IMG/VR virus record: IMGVR_UViG_3300032893_000054
Coordinates: 1 to 56,770 of that record
Strand: one strand, 5' to 3'
Source of the DNA: a virus
Taxonomy: Duplodnaviria; Caudoviricetes
Length of the DNA stretch: 56,770 nt
Made by a program: the position numbers and the translations under genes. Below the pieces are notes generated by a model that saw only the letters and a list, made by a program, of their open reading frames with translations, did not search any database and was not told the DNA's origin. This document shows, piece after piece, positions 1 to 9,600 of the stretch; the first letter of the stretch is position 1, and every line of letters starts with the position of its first letter.

Positions 1-127
1 GCGAACGCCGCTGGTGGCTACAACATCTACCGCACCGTCGCAGGCGGCGCCTCGGGCACGGAGCACTTCGTCGCGACCGTCGCTGGCCAATCCACGGTCG
101 CCTACACCGACAACACCGCCGACGGCT
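1..127. repeat. Terminal direct repeat, copy 1 (circular assembly overlap)
   Basis: Identical to 56644-56770. 127 nt is a typical assembler k-mer overlap, and the reading frame continues across the join. Confidence 0.95.
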
Positions 128-2157
128 CGCTCGGCCCGGCCACGCCACCCGCCTCCGACACGACGCAGGTGTGCCAGTTCTACAATTTCACCTTCCCCTC
201 CTATGGCGCGGGCCAGATCATCAAGACGCTCCCGGCGGACCTCCTGCCCTATCAAGGCGGCGGCGTCGGCGGCGGCACTGGCGGCTCCGGCTCCGGCGGC
301 GGCGGCAACTCCGGCTACAATCCTCCCACTCCCGTCGGCGGCGTGGCGGGCAACCTCTCTCCCCTGCCCCAGATCGTCCAGTTCGTCAACAAGATGATGC
401 TGGCGCTGGGCAACGGGATCACGCCGTACCAGTCCGACGGCACCACGGGCGGCACCACGCAACTCACCAACACGTTCTCCGCCACCTACCCGGCATGGGC
501 AGCCTCGACTCTCTTCAACCAAGGCGACCAGATCCAGGCCACTGTGAGCGCGGTCGCGTATGTGTTCACCGCCAAGCAAGGCGGCGAAACGGGCTCCGGT
601 GGTGCGCCATCCTTCTCCGCGACGCTGGGCTCGACGATCGCGGACAACAATATCATCTGGGTCAACTCGGGGCAGGTCTCCAATTCCCCTCCCCCGCGCG
701 GCGGGGCGCACGCGGAGGTCTACGCGAGCTCGCTCTGGGTGGCCAATACAGGCGTCAGCGAATCCTCGGATCAGCTCGACGGGCCGTCAGCGCTGCGTAT
801 GTCGGACCTCAACAATCCTCTGTCGTGGAATCCACTGAACGCGGCGCAGATCTCCCCCGACGACGGCGACCAGTGCTCCGGCATCAAGGCGTTCACCGTG
901 GCCGAGGCAGGCATCGCGCCACAGAACTTCCTCATGTTCTTCAAGAATTTCTCCACATACCTGATCCAGGGAGTGTTCGGCGCCACCGACTTCTCGATCA
1001 CGCGGCTGCAGACTGACCTCGGCTGCGTGGCGCCGCGCTCTCTCCAGTTCGTCCCGGGCTACGGGATCATGCGGCTCTCTCACCTGGGATTCGCGGTGAC
1101 CGATGGCATCTCCGACAAGTTGCAGGATCCAGAGGCCATCCGCCCGTACCTGTTCCCCGAATCCACCGAGACTGATATCACGCCGATCGACCAAGGCTAC
1201 CTGTGGTTCTCGAAGGGCGCGCAGACCGCCAACCCTCCTATGTATGTGTGCGCGGTGCCGCTGCAGGGACTCGCCGCGACTATCTTCGGCGCGATCTCGG
1301 TCACCGCGGTGTACTCGTCCGGCGGCCCGGCTACCCTCAACGCGGGCAACTATTACATCCGCATCCAGTTCACCACGTCCGGCGGTCAGACCTACACCTC
1401 CGGCGAATACTCGCTGCAGATCGTCTCCGGTGGGAGCCAGTTCTGCCAAGGAATCTACATCACCCTCCCCTCGAACTCGCAGATCGCCTCGTGGCGCGTC
1501 TACGTCGGCTCCGCGTCCGGCCAGCAGACCGAATACACCGCCGTCGCCGCTGGCACGCCGAGCGTCATCCTCAACAACTCTACCTCCTACACGTCCAGCG
1601 ACATCGTAGCCGGGCTGGGCGGCCAGCTCTCGCGCATCTTCTGCTACGACCTCGTGCTCAAGTCGTGGACGATCGTGGACCTCCCGTTCCCGATCTCGGT
1701 GCTGCGCCAGTTCCGCACTCCCGGCTCGATCCCGCTGACCGTGATGGCGGGATTCTCCGACGGCGCGCTCCGCCGCTGGCAGGCTGGCGACTCCACGTGG
1801 GACGCAGGCGCGACCAACGCGGGTGCGGCCTCGACCTCCGTCCAGTGGTCGTTTCAGGACGCTGAGGTATTCGCGGAAGGCGGTACGGTCAACCTCTTCC
1901 ACAACCAGGTGATCATCCGCGGCGACGGCGGTCCCAACTCCATTTCCGTGACGCCGGAACTCGATGGGAACATCCTCGCGACCATCCAGACCGCCCTGAC
2001 CGCGCTCGGCAACAACCAGTACGAGGCCCGCGCGCGCATCCTCCAGACCGCGGAGAACCTGAACCTGACCGTCAGCGGCTCCGGACCTGCCACGGTCGAG
2101 GCGATCGACTACGTGGTCGTGCCGAAGCCTGTGGGCACTCCGGTGGTGATCTCATGA
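1..2157 (+). CDS. Tail nozzle/hub protein (P22 gp10 / T7 gp12-like), 3' part; gene starts at 56203, about 865 aa in total
   Basis: Frame 1 is open from base 1 and in frame with the ATG at 56203 across the join. Beta-propeller-like motifs (LRMSDLNNPLSW, DLGCVAPRSL, IFCYDLVLKSWT). Follows the adaptor gene. Confidence 0.7.
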   Translation, partial: ANAAGGYNIYRTVAGGASGTEHFVATVAGQSTVAYTDNTADGSLGPATPPASDTTQVCQFYNFTFPSYGAGQIIKTLPADLLPYQGGGVGGGTGGSGSGGGGNSGYNPPTPVGGVAGNLSPLPQIVQFVNKMMLALGNGITPYQSDGTTGGTTQLTNTFSATYPAWAASTLFNQGDQIQATVSAVAYVFTAKQGGETGSGGAPSFSATLGSTIADNNIIWVNSGQVSNSPPPRGGAHAEVYASSLWVANTGVSESSDQLDGPSALRMSDLNNPLSWNPLNAAQISPDDGDQCSGIKAFTVAEAGIAPQNFLMFFKNFSTYLIQGVFGATDFSITRLQTDLGCVAPRSLQFVPGYGIMRLSHLGFAVTDGISDKLQDPEAIRPYLFPESTETDITPIDQGYLWFSKGAQTANPPMYVCAVPLQGLAATIFGAISVTAVYSSGGPATLNAGNYYIRIQFTTSGGQTYTSGEYSLQIVSGGSQFCQGIYITLPSNSQIASWRVYVGSASGQQTEYTAVAAGTPSVILNNSTSYTSSDIVAGLGGQLSRIFCYDLVLKSWTIVDLPFPISVLRQFRTPGSIPLTVMAGFSDGALRRWQAGDSTWDAGATNAGAASTSVQWSFQDAEVFAEGGTVNLFHNQVIIRGDGGPNSISVTPELDGNILATIQTALTALGNNQYEARARILQTAENLNLTVSGSGPATVEAIDYVVVPKPVGTPVVIS

Positions 2158-2561
2158 CGACGCGCGTGCATGGCGAGCTCGACGTCCGGCATCCCTACGT
2201 GAATGAAGTCCCGCCGGAGCTGATGACCGGATTCGAGTCCCTCCCCATCGATCCGGAATGGCAGTGGGTGCTGACCGTCGACGGCCGCATCCGCGCGCAG
2301 ATGCTATGCGCCTCCGCGCATGGCATGCTGCTCATCCTGCGCGTCAAAGCGATGCCCGACGCGCCTGCCGCATGGCTCGTATGTTTTATGCGACGTGTAT
2401 TGGCCGACGCACGTGCCCTCGGTATGATTGGCTACGTTAGCTTCCTCAGCGACCGCAACCCGCAGGAAGTCAAGCTGATGCGGATCGTGCAGCGGGCGGG
2501 CGGGCTGCTGCTGCCCCAGTCCGGCGCGATGGTCGCAGGGTCGCTGGAGGTAGGGTACTGA
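2154..2561 (+). CDS. Small virion-assembly protein, possibly GNAT-fold (P22 gp14 / T7 gp13-like position)
   Basis: ATGA overlap with the upstream gene; lies between nozzle and ejection genes; alternating beta/alpha pattern. Confidence 0.45.
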   Translation: MTTRVHGELDVRHPYVNEVPPELMTGFESLPIDPEWQWVLTVDGRIRAQMLCASAHGMLLILRVKAMPDAPAAWLVCFMRRVLADARALGMIGYVSFLSDRNPQEVKLMRIVQRAGGLLLPQSGAMVAGSLEVGY

Positions 2562-2917
2562 TGCCGGAGGGACTGATTGCGCTGCTGCCTGCCCTGATCC
2601 CGGCCGCGACGGCTGGCACCGAGGTCGGACTGCAACTGTCCGGGGCGCTGACTCCCAGCACGTCCAGCGGCCCGACGCAGCAGCAACTCCAGCAACAGCA
2701 GCAACAGCAGCAGCAGGCACTGACCACGCAGGAGCAGGCCGCGTTCAAGCATGCCGCGCCGGACGCGCAATCGCAGACCGGCGGGGCGCTGTCGGACCCG
2801 TCGTTCGCGGCCATGGTGGCGGAACTCTCAGGCTCACCAGCGGACGTGGGCCTCGCGCAGCAGACATTGTTCGGCAGCACGCCGGGCCTATCGTCGAGCA
2901 ACGCAGGAGGATCGTAA
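2561..2917 (+). CDS. Putative internal virion/ejection protein (Gln/Ala-rich)
   Basis: TGATG coupling; hydrophobic N-terminus; poly-Q tract; synteny. Confidence 0.5.
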   Translation: MPEGLIALLPALIPAATAGTEVGLQLSGALTPSTSSGPTQQQLQQQQQQQQQALTTQEQAAFKHAAPDAQSQTGGALSDPSFAAMVAELSGSPADVGLAQQTLFGSTPGLSSSNAGGS

Positions 2918-3531
2918 TGCCGGACGCACTCTCCCAGATCGGATCGTTCTTCACCTCCGGCGCAGGCAAGGCTGTCGAAGGCGGCGCGGCTGCTGGGACC
3001 GGGCTGATCCAGAACCTCCTCGCCAATCGCGAAGCTACGAAGAAACAGAACTTCGTCGAGAGCCTGATCACCAACCCGGCCAAGTTCAGCCAGTACGTCG
3101 CGTCGTTCGAGAAGCCGCTGACCGCTGGCCTGACCGCCGACATTTCGCGGCAGACGGATGCCTACGGCGCCGAGCGTGGCCTCGGCTCCTCCCCTGCGAT
3201 CATGAAGGACGTGCTCGCGCAGGCACTGGCCCCGTACTACCTCCAGCAACAGCAGATGGCGCAGCAGCAGGCGCTGCAGGGGCTCGGGATCTACGAGCAG
3301 TCGCCGACGACGAAGCCGATCGACGTATCCTCGATCCTCAAGGCGATCATGATGGGCGGCAAGACGCCCCTCCCACCCGGGCCGCCAACCGCGGACCCCG
3401 GGACCAGCGTGCTTCAGCCGTCCTACATGCCCGGTAACGCACCGGTGCCGCCACCGTACTTCGATCCTAACGCGACAGGCCAGCTCCCCAGCCCGTCGTT
3501 CGAAGCTGACTCCACGGGGCTATTCTCATGA
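2917..3531 (+). CDS. Putative DNA ejection protein
   Basis: Gly/Ala-rich N-terminus, Gln-rich helices, AERGLGSS motif; synteny. Confidence 0.55.
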   Translation: MPDALSQIGSFFTSGAGKAVEGGAAAGTGLIQNLLANREATKKQNFVESLITNPAKFSQYVASFEKPLTAGLTADISRQTDAYGAERGLGSSPAIMKDVLAQALAPYYLQQQQMAQQQALQGLGIYEQSPTTKPIDVSSILKAIMMGGKTPLPPGPPTADPGTSVLQPSYMPGNAPVPPPYFDPNATGQLPSPSFEADSTGLFS

Positions 3532-4598
3532 GCGCCTTCCTCACTTCCCTCGCCTCCGTCGCCGACCAGTACGGCCAGGCGAAGGAGTCCGCGCGGCAGG
3601 AGAAGCAGCAGATCGCCGAGAAGGCCCAACGCATGGACGTCGAGCAAGCCTATCTACAGTTGGCTCGGCAGGCGGAGGCGCGGCAACGGGAATCGGAGCA
3701 GGCGCGGATCGCTCAAGGCGACATCATCAAGGTCGGCAATCGGCTGTGGTCCGTATCCAAGGGCAAGTTCATCGACCCGCAGCAACCTGACCCGATGATG
3801 CACCTCCGCGAGTTCATAAAGACTCTCCCGCCGGATATCCAGAAGGGAGCCACGGCACGCGCGCAGGCCATCGCGGAGCAGGATCCGAACGACCCCAAGG
3901 GAGTGATCACCGAGGTCATGCGGTACGCGGACGAGGCCCAACGATTGGCACAGGCCGAAGCCAACCGACGTGAGGATACCAAGACGCGCCATCAGGAGCA
4001 CGAAGAGGACGTCAAGAACCAGCACGAGTTCCAGCAGCAGCAACGCCGTGAGCTAGAAGCCTTCCAGCGCAACATGGTCGACTGGCGTCTGCAGGAAAAG
4101 GCCAAGCAGATGAACCCGCAGGAGCGTCAGATCTATGACTCCGTCCGCGGCATGGAGCCCATGATCAATCGCACCGTCACCTTCCTCGAACAGACGAAGG
4201 ACGCATCCGGCAAGCCGCTGAAGGATGAGAACGATCTCGTGTTTGGGAACCGCTCAGCGCTGATGCAGCACTTGCGGTTCAAGGGATACCAGTTCGGCCA
4301 ATCGCAGGAGGCAGCAACGCAGCAGCTCATCAAGAATGCCGCCGCGCTGCAGATCATGGGAGCCGCGCCGTGGCGCAACATCGCTGGACGCTCCAAGTAC
4401 AGCTACGAGGTCATCATCCAGCACCTGCCGCGGCCGACGGACACGCCCGGCCAGCTCTATGACAAGATCACATGGCTACGGGACAACGTGATCCCGGACG
4501 TGAAGCAATCGCTGGCGGGGTATGAGACTCCGGGCGGCAGCGGCAGTGTAGGTGGCGCTGGAGCGTCGGATTCCGATCCTCTAGGAGTGCTCAAGTAA
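3528..4598 (+). CDS. Putative DNA ejection protein (helical, charged)
   Basis: Coupled start; coiled-coil character; ends in DPLGVLK; synteny. Confidence 0.55.
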   Translation: MSAFLTSLASVADQYGQAKESARQEKQQIAEKAQRMDVEQAYLQLARQAEARQRESEQARIAQGDIIKVGNRLWSVSKGKFIDPQQPDPMMHLREFIKTLPPDIQKGATARAQAIAEQDPNDPKGVITEVMRYADEAQRLAQAEANRREDTKTRHQEHEEDVKNQHEFQQQQRRELEAFQRNMVDWRLQEKAKQMNPQERQIYDSVRGMEPMINRTVTFLEQTKDASGKPLKDENDLVFGNRSALMQHLRFKGYQFGQSQEAATQQLIKNAAALQIMGAAPWRNIAGRSKYSYEVIIQHLPRPTDTPGQLYDKITWLRDNVIPDVKQSLAGYETPGGSGSVGGAGASDSDPLGVLK

Positions 4599-6487
4599 TG
4601 GCCACACAGCCTCTTACCGTAGATCAGTTCGCAGCGTCGATCAAGGCTAAGTACCCTCAATACGACTCGATTCCAGACGCGCAACTGGTGGAAAAGATTG
4701 TGGCGAAATATCCACAGTATAAGTCCCGGATCGGTGGAGCGGCACCACAGCCTCCCGGAGTGCCTAGCGCCCCGCCTATCCCGTTCGCCGACCGTGTGAT
4801 CCAACGGCTCAGTGAGAACGCGAAGGGCGTAGCGCAGATGCCTTCCGACATCATCACCGACGCCCGGTCGCGCTACGACGCGCGTCGCGGCAAGGAATTC
4901 GGCCCACTTAATGCTGCTCACTCGGCGTTCGAGGCGGTGGAGTCCAAGGGAGTCGAGCCTGCACTGCAGGGACTCTACTCTGTATCCACTCCGGGGCTGA
5001 TCGGTCGTATGTCGTCGAAGGAAGACCCTGCCATCACCGCCGCTGATCTGGGCACGTTCTTCGCCACCAGCGGCGAGGAGCCTGTCCGTGGTGCGCTTGA
5101 GGGTGGTGCCAAGCTACTCGACAAGATTCTAGGCAAGGTAGGCGGCGCGACCCGCATCCTCGGACAGGAGATGGCTGGGGCAGGTAAGGAACCTGTCTAT
5201 CTAGAGCGCCTGCGTCGATTCGCAGTGGCGAATGAACGCTTGGAGCGCTACAAAGGCGACGTGGATAGCGTGATCAAGGAGAACGCGCAACGACTGCAGG
5301 AACACTCCAGCAAGGCCCGTGAGGCGCAAGCGGTGTACCAGAAGGAACTAGCAGACTATCAGCAAGCCACGGCGGATAAGAAGGCTGCGCATGCTGAGAA
5401 GGTGAAGGTGGCTCGTGATGAGTGGGTGCAGAAGGCCTACGAGGCCAAGCGTCTACAGGCCCAGCACGATAGCGCACAGGCCCAACTCGACACCATTAAG
5501 CGTGGGCAGGAGGCCTACGCCAAGATCGTCAAGCAAAACGTAGACTCTACCTACGCTGCCGTGAAGGGGAGTCTCGATCAGCGCTGGAAGGCGGTCAACG
5601 ACACGGTGGGCACGACCACACCCATAAATTCCGTCGCCGTTCGGGACGCGATCGAAGCGGCCAAGGAAAAGTACCTGATGGGTGCACCAGAGAGCCTGAA
5701 AGTCTTCAACGATCTCACGCGCCAGATGCAAGGCCCGGAACAATTGGACGCTGCGTCTGGAATCGAGCAATCCCTGCGCCCGCTTACGTGGGGCGAGGGA
5801 CGGGTGCACTACTCCGCGCTCGGAGACAAGATGTATTCCGGCGAACTCCCCGGCAACGTCTATCACGCGCTCGGCGCCGTGCGTGATGCGTTGGACAGGC
5901 AACTCAGTGACGTTGCTAAGGCTCGCGGCGCAGGCAAGATGTACGACTCCGTTCGCGCTGACTGGTCGCGCTTCATGGACGACTGGCGCGACATGCGATC
6001 TATCTCAGTCGGTGGCAGCCCCTTAGCCCGCGTGATGCGTGCACAGGATCCCGGCTTCGTCGCGGCGCAGATCACAGGCAAGGCGGGAGAGCGCATGGCA
6101 GCTACGCTGGGCCACTACAAGCAATTCGGAGGCAATCCGGAAGCGGTATCCAAGTACCGTGCGCTGGGCGACCGCGCCAAGAGCGTCCCCAAGGTACGCG
6201 TACCTGCTGCGCCGGGGAAACTGGAACTACCTCCCGAGCCTAAGACAGGCGAAGCGCCAACGCCAAGCACTGTCAAGGCTGCCAAGCTGAAGCCTGCGCC
6301 TCGATTCGAATTACCTAAGGAAGTTGATCCGGTTGAAGTGCGTCGACGCAAGTTGGCGGAGATGGCCGGACGACCGTTCCGATTCTACGATCTGTTCCCA
6401 CCGTACCTGATCGAGCACTTGGCGGTGAAGAGTCCTGCCATCCGGGAGTGGCTGGCCACACAGACCCGACAGGAGTTGAAGCCATGA
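4598..6487 (+). CDS. Putative large DNA ejection/internal virion protein
   Basis: 629 aa, helical; N-terminal AKYPQY duplicated; last gene of the ejection block. Confidence 0.55.
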   Translation: MATQPLTVDQFAASIKAKYPQYDSIPDAQLVEKIVAKYPQYKSRIGGAAPQPPGVPSAPPIPFADRVIQRLSENAKGVAQMPSDIITDARSRYDARRGKEFGPLNAAHSAFEAVESKGVEPALQGLYSVSTPGLIGRMSSKEDPAITAADLGTFFATSGEEPVRGALEGGAKLLDKILGKVGGATRILGQEMAGAGKEPVYLERLRRFAVANERLERYKGDVDSVIKENAQRLQEHSSKAREAQAVYQKELADYQQATADKKAAHAEKVKVARDEWVQKAYEAKRLQAQHDSAQAQLDTIKRGQEAYAKIVKQNVDSTYAAVKGSLDQRWKAVNDTVGTTTPINSVAVRDAIEAAKEKYLMGAPESLKVFNDLTRQMQGPEQLDAASGIEQSLRPLTWGEGRVHYSALGDKMYSGELPGNVYHALGAVRDALDRQLSDVAKARGAGKMYDSVRADWSRFMDDWRDMRSISVGGSPLARVMRAQDPGFVAAQITGKAGERMAATLGHYKQFGGNPEAVSKYRALGDRAKSVPKVRVPAAPGKLELPPEPKTGEAPTPSTVKAAKLKPAPRFELPKEVDPVEVRRRKLAEMAGRPFRFYDLFPPYLIEHLAVKSPAIREWLATQTRQELKP

Positions 6488-6672
6488 GCAAGCGCCGCGC
6501 CAAGAAGTCCGGAGTCAGCAACAAGATCGCCAAGCTCGTCCGCGAAGGGAAGACGCCTGAGCAGGCTGCGGGCGAGGCCTACGGCATGGAGCGCGAGGGA
6601 CGGCTCACGCACGCCGGAGGGTATATTCGCTCGTCCGCCAAGCGCCGCCGCCGAAAGGGATCACGCACATGA
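6484..6672 (+). CDS. Small basic protein (62 aa, MSKRRAKKSG...RRRRKGSRT)
   Basis: AGGAG RBS; ATGA overlaps at both ends; NKIAKLVREGKTPEQAAGEAY resembles small basic phage head-module proteins. Confidence 0.65.
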   Translation: MSKRRAKKSGVSNKIAKLVREGKTPEQAAGEAYGMEREGRLTHAGGYIRSSAKRRRRKGSRT

Positions 6673-9600
6673 TCAAGAGACTGGCATTCCTGTTACTCCT
6701 GCTGTCGGGCATCGCCGCCGCGCAATCCACCGGTATCCTGAGCCCCGGCGGCGTCGGCGTGTCCTGCAACGCGGTCACGGCGGCCTCGGCGAACAACCCC
6801 GGCACCGCCGGCGGCTGCACCTCGTTCAACCTTCTGGCCAGCGGCGGCCAGCTCCCGGGATTCTACACGTGGACGGTCTCGACCACGGGATCCCCATCCG
6901 GCTTGAGCGTCAAGCTGATGGGCTCGGTCGACGGAACCAACTGGACGCAGGTCGATGTCGTCAGCAGCGCTACGACGACCAACGACGGGCCGTATGCGTA
7001 TCGATTCCTCGGCTGCATCGTGGCCACGCTCAGCGGCGGCTCCTCACCGACAGCCACCTGCCTCATCTCGGTCGGCACGTCCGGCACGGGCGGAGGCGGC
7101 GCGGGGATCACGATCACCACGGTGGCTGGCCTAGCGTCCGTGTCCGGCAAGAAGAACGGCACCATCGCGACCGTCACCGACGGCGCTTCAGCGTCAGACT
7201 GCACCACCGGCTCCGGCTCTACCGTCGTCAACTGCCAGTACAACGGCTCCGCATGGTCGCAGGTCGTAGCAGCCTCCAGCGGCTCGACCGCCTTCTCCGC
7301 GCTTACCACGTCCACCAACACTACCGCCACGCTGACCTGCGGCACGGGCTGCGCCATCACGACCTCGGGCTCGGGCACCAACACGGCGACCAACACGACG
7401 GGCGTCAATGGCGCCGCGGTCCCAGCATCGAAGACCATCGTCGGCACGAACGGTAGCAACCAACTGGTAGACGCTTCTAGCGCTACCCTAAACAACAACA
7501 CGAACGGCACCGCCGCCAGCCTCAGCGCGATCCTTGCCAACACTCTGGGCGGCACCGGCGCCAACTCCTCCACCTCGAACGGTGTGGCGCAGGTCTCCTC
7601 GGGCACGTGGTCCTTCTCGACCGGACTGGCGAACGGCACGACCGCGACCACCCAGACCACCGGCGACAACTCGACCAAGATCGCTACGGACGCGTTCGTC
7701 GCATCCAGCATCCTGCCCACCGGCACGCAGGGCTACTCCGTATTCAACACTTCCGGCTCGACCGCCTACGCGCCTTCCTCGGCAGCGGGCGTGGATAGCA
7801 CCCAGTTCAGCGGCACCGACCGTTGCGCAGCGGCGAAGACCGACTGGACGACCAACGGTGCCGTGTCCCCGGTCAACATGGTCGGCGAGCAATCGAACGA
7901 GACGACGCAGCTCCTCACCTGCTCCAGCAACCCGTTCCCGGTCGTCGCGGCGTTCGGCGGCAGCGACACGAACAATGGCGGCGTCTTCTGGCTGCCGCAG
8001 GGCGCGCTGAATCCCGCATTCGGGCTGCAGGTAGGCATGGACGGCGTGCTCATCCAGGGCGTTGGCATGGAGGCCAACAACTCCGTCCGCCAGGGCAGCT
8101 TTATCATTCCGCACTCAGGATGGAGCAGCTTCTCCGCGCCAGCCGCGACCTGCTCGCCGGGATCCGGAGGCGGCGCGGTCTGCACGAACTACAACCCGTT
8201 CCTGCTCGCGCTTGGTCCGGTCGTCGGCTACACCTCGACCTATACGACAGCCAGCGGCCCCTACAACACGAAGATCAAGAATGTCTCCTTCGATTGCCAG
8301 CAGATCGCCGGACTCGGCGGCGTCAGCGACGTGGGGCAGGAACTCTCTGGCTTCGACACCGCGACGATCCTGAACTGTCGCACCGTCAGTTTCTTCCAGC
8401 AGTTCGACACAGCGGATCAGGTAGCGATCCAGCATCTCTACGTGCGCCATCCCAACACCTCCTCGGTTGAGGCGAATACGACCCCCGCCACCGGGCTGTC
8501 ATGGTTCAACGACACCAATGGGAACGTCCTGCTCCAGTGGACGAACTCCCCGACCGCGACTCCAGGCTGCGGTATGACGGTGCTGGTCAGCAACGCTTCC
8601 GCCGGCGGCACGCACTCGAACACCATCAACGGGCCGTGGCAGGTATCCGGCCTCGTCGACGCTTCCGGCAACCTGCTCATCTGCGACCGTACCGCAGGGA
8701 CGGCCAGCGACCTGAGCGGACACTTTAGCGGCACGGCGAAGCAGGTCATCTTCGACACTCCGCTGACCCTCGCCGACTCTCAGTCCACGAACACCAACGC
8801 CATCGCGGAATTCTTCACCACCGGCATGGACGTGCAGGCGACCTCCGCCCGCACCGTGCCGGACATGACGATCACCAGCAACATCACAGACTTCACGAAT
8901 GGTATCTATGCCAGAGTCACCACGTCCGGCACGACGATCACCTACTCCAGCGGCAATCACTGGCTAACCTCTACTTCAGGCACGGTCCATATTAACGGCG
9001 TCGGGTACACGATCTCCGGCACTTGCGGCTCGACCTCAACCTGCACGACCGTCCAGACGCTCCCGACCTATGCGACTCCAGTGGTATTCGACTCCGGGAT
9101 GCAGGCTCCGTGGTGCGAACTCACGGTCAGCGGCAACGCGGTCAGCTACGACGGCACGCACGTGGAAGAAGCCGAGAACGGTATCTGCGTCGGGCTGGAG
9201 CAGCAGACGATCGGCCTGACCATGACGAACGTCAGCCCGGGCGTGTACCTGCAGAATGGCATCCACCTATTCTCCACGTTCGGCGCGTGCCTCGGATGCA
9301 CGTTCCGGCCGTCGCAGGTCTACACGGGCTCGATCTCGGTCTACAACTCCTTCGTAGACGACTTCAATCACAACACGCTCACCTCCGCCAACAATCCCTA
9401 CGTGACCTACATGACGGGATGGAGCGGCATCGTCGGCGACGTGGAAGTGTGGGCGCAGACCTGTTCGGAGATGACGAACGGGTGGTGCAACTCCGGCTCC
9501 GGCAGCGCGGCGACGAAGACGTACTACAACAATGGGGTCGCGCAGATCATCCTCAACGGCACTGGGACCATCGCGCTTTCCGGTTGCGCAGGCATGTACA

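Noticed and set aside
1-127. Terminal repeat as a biological DTR
   Set aside because: It is exactly 127 nt and falls mid-gene, consistent with an assembler overlap of a circular or permuted genome.
258-320. GGC-rich repeats
   Set aside because: A Gly/Ser linker within the nozzle protein.
2679-2716. CAG/CAA microsatellite
   Set aside because: It encodes an in-frame poly-Gln tract typical of ejection proteins.
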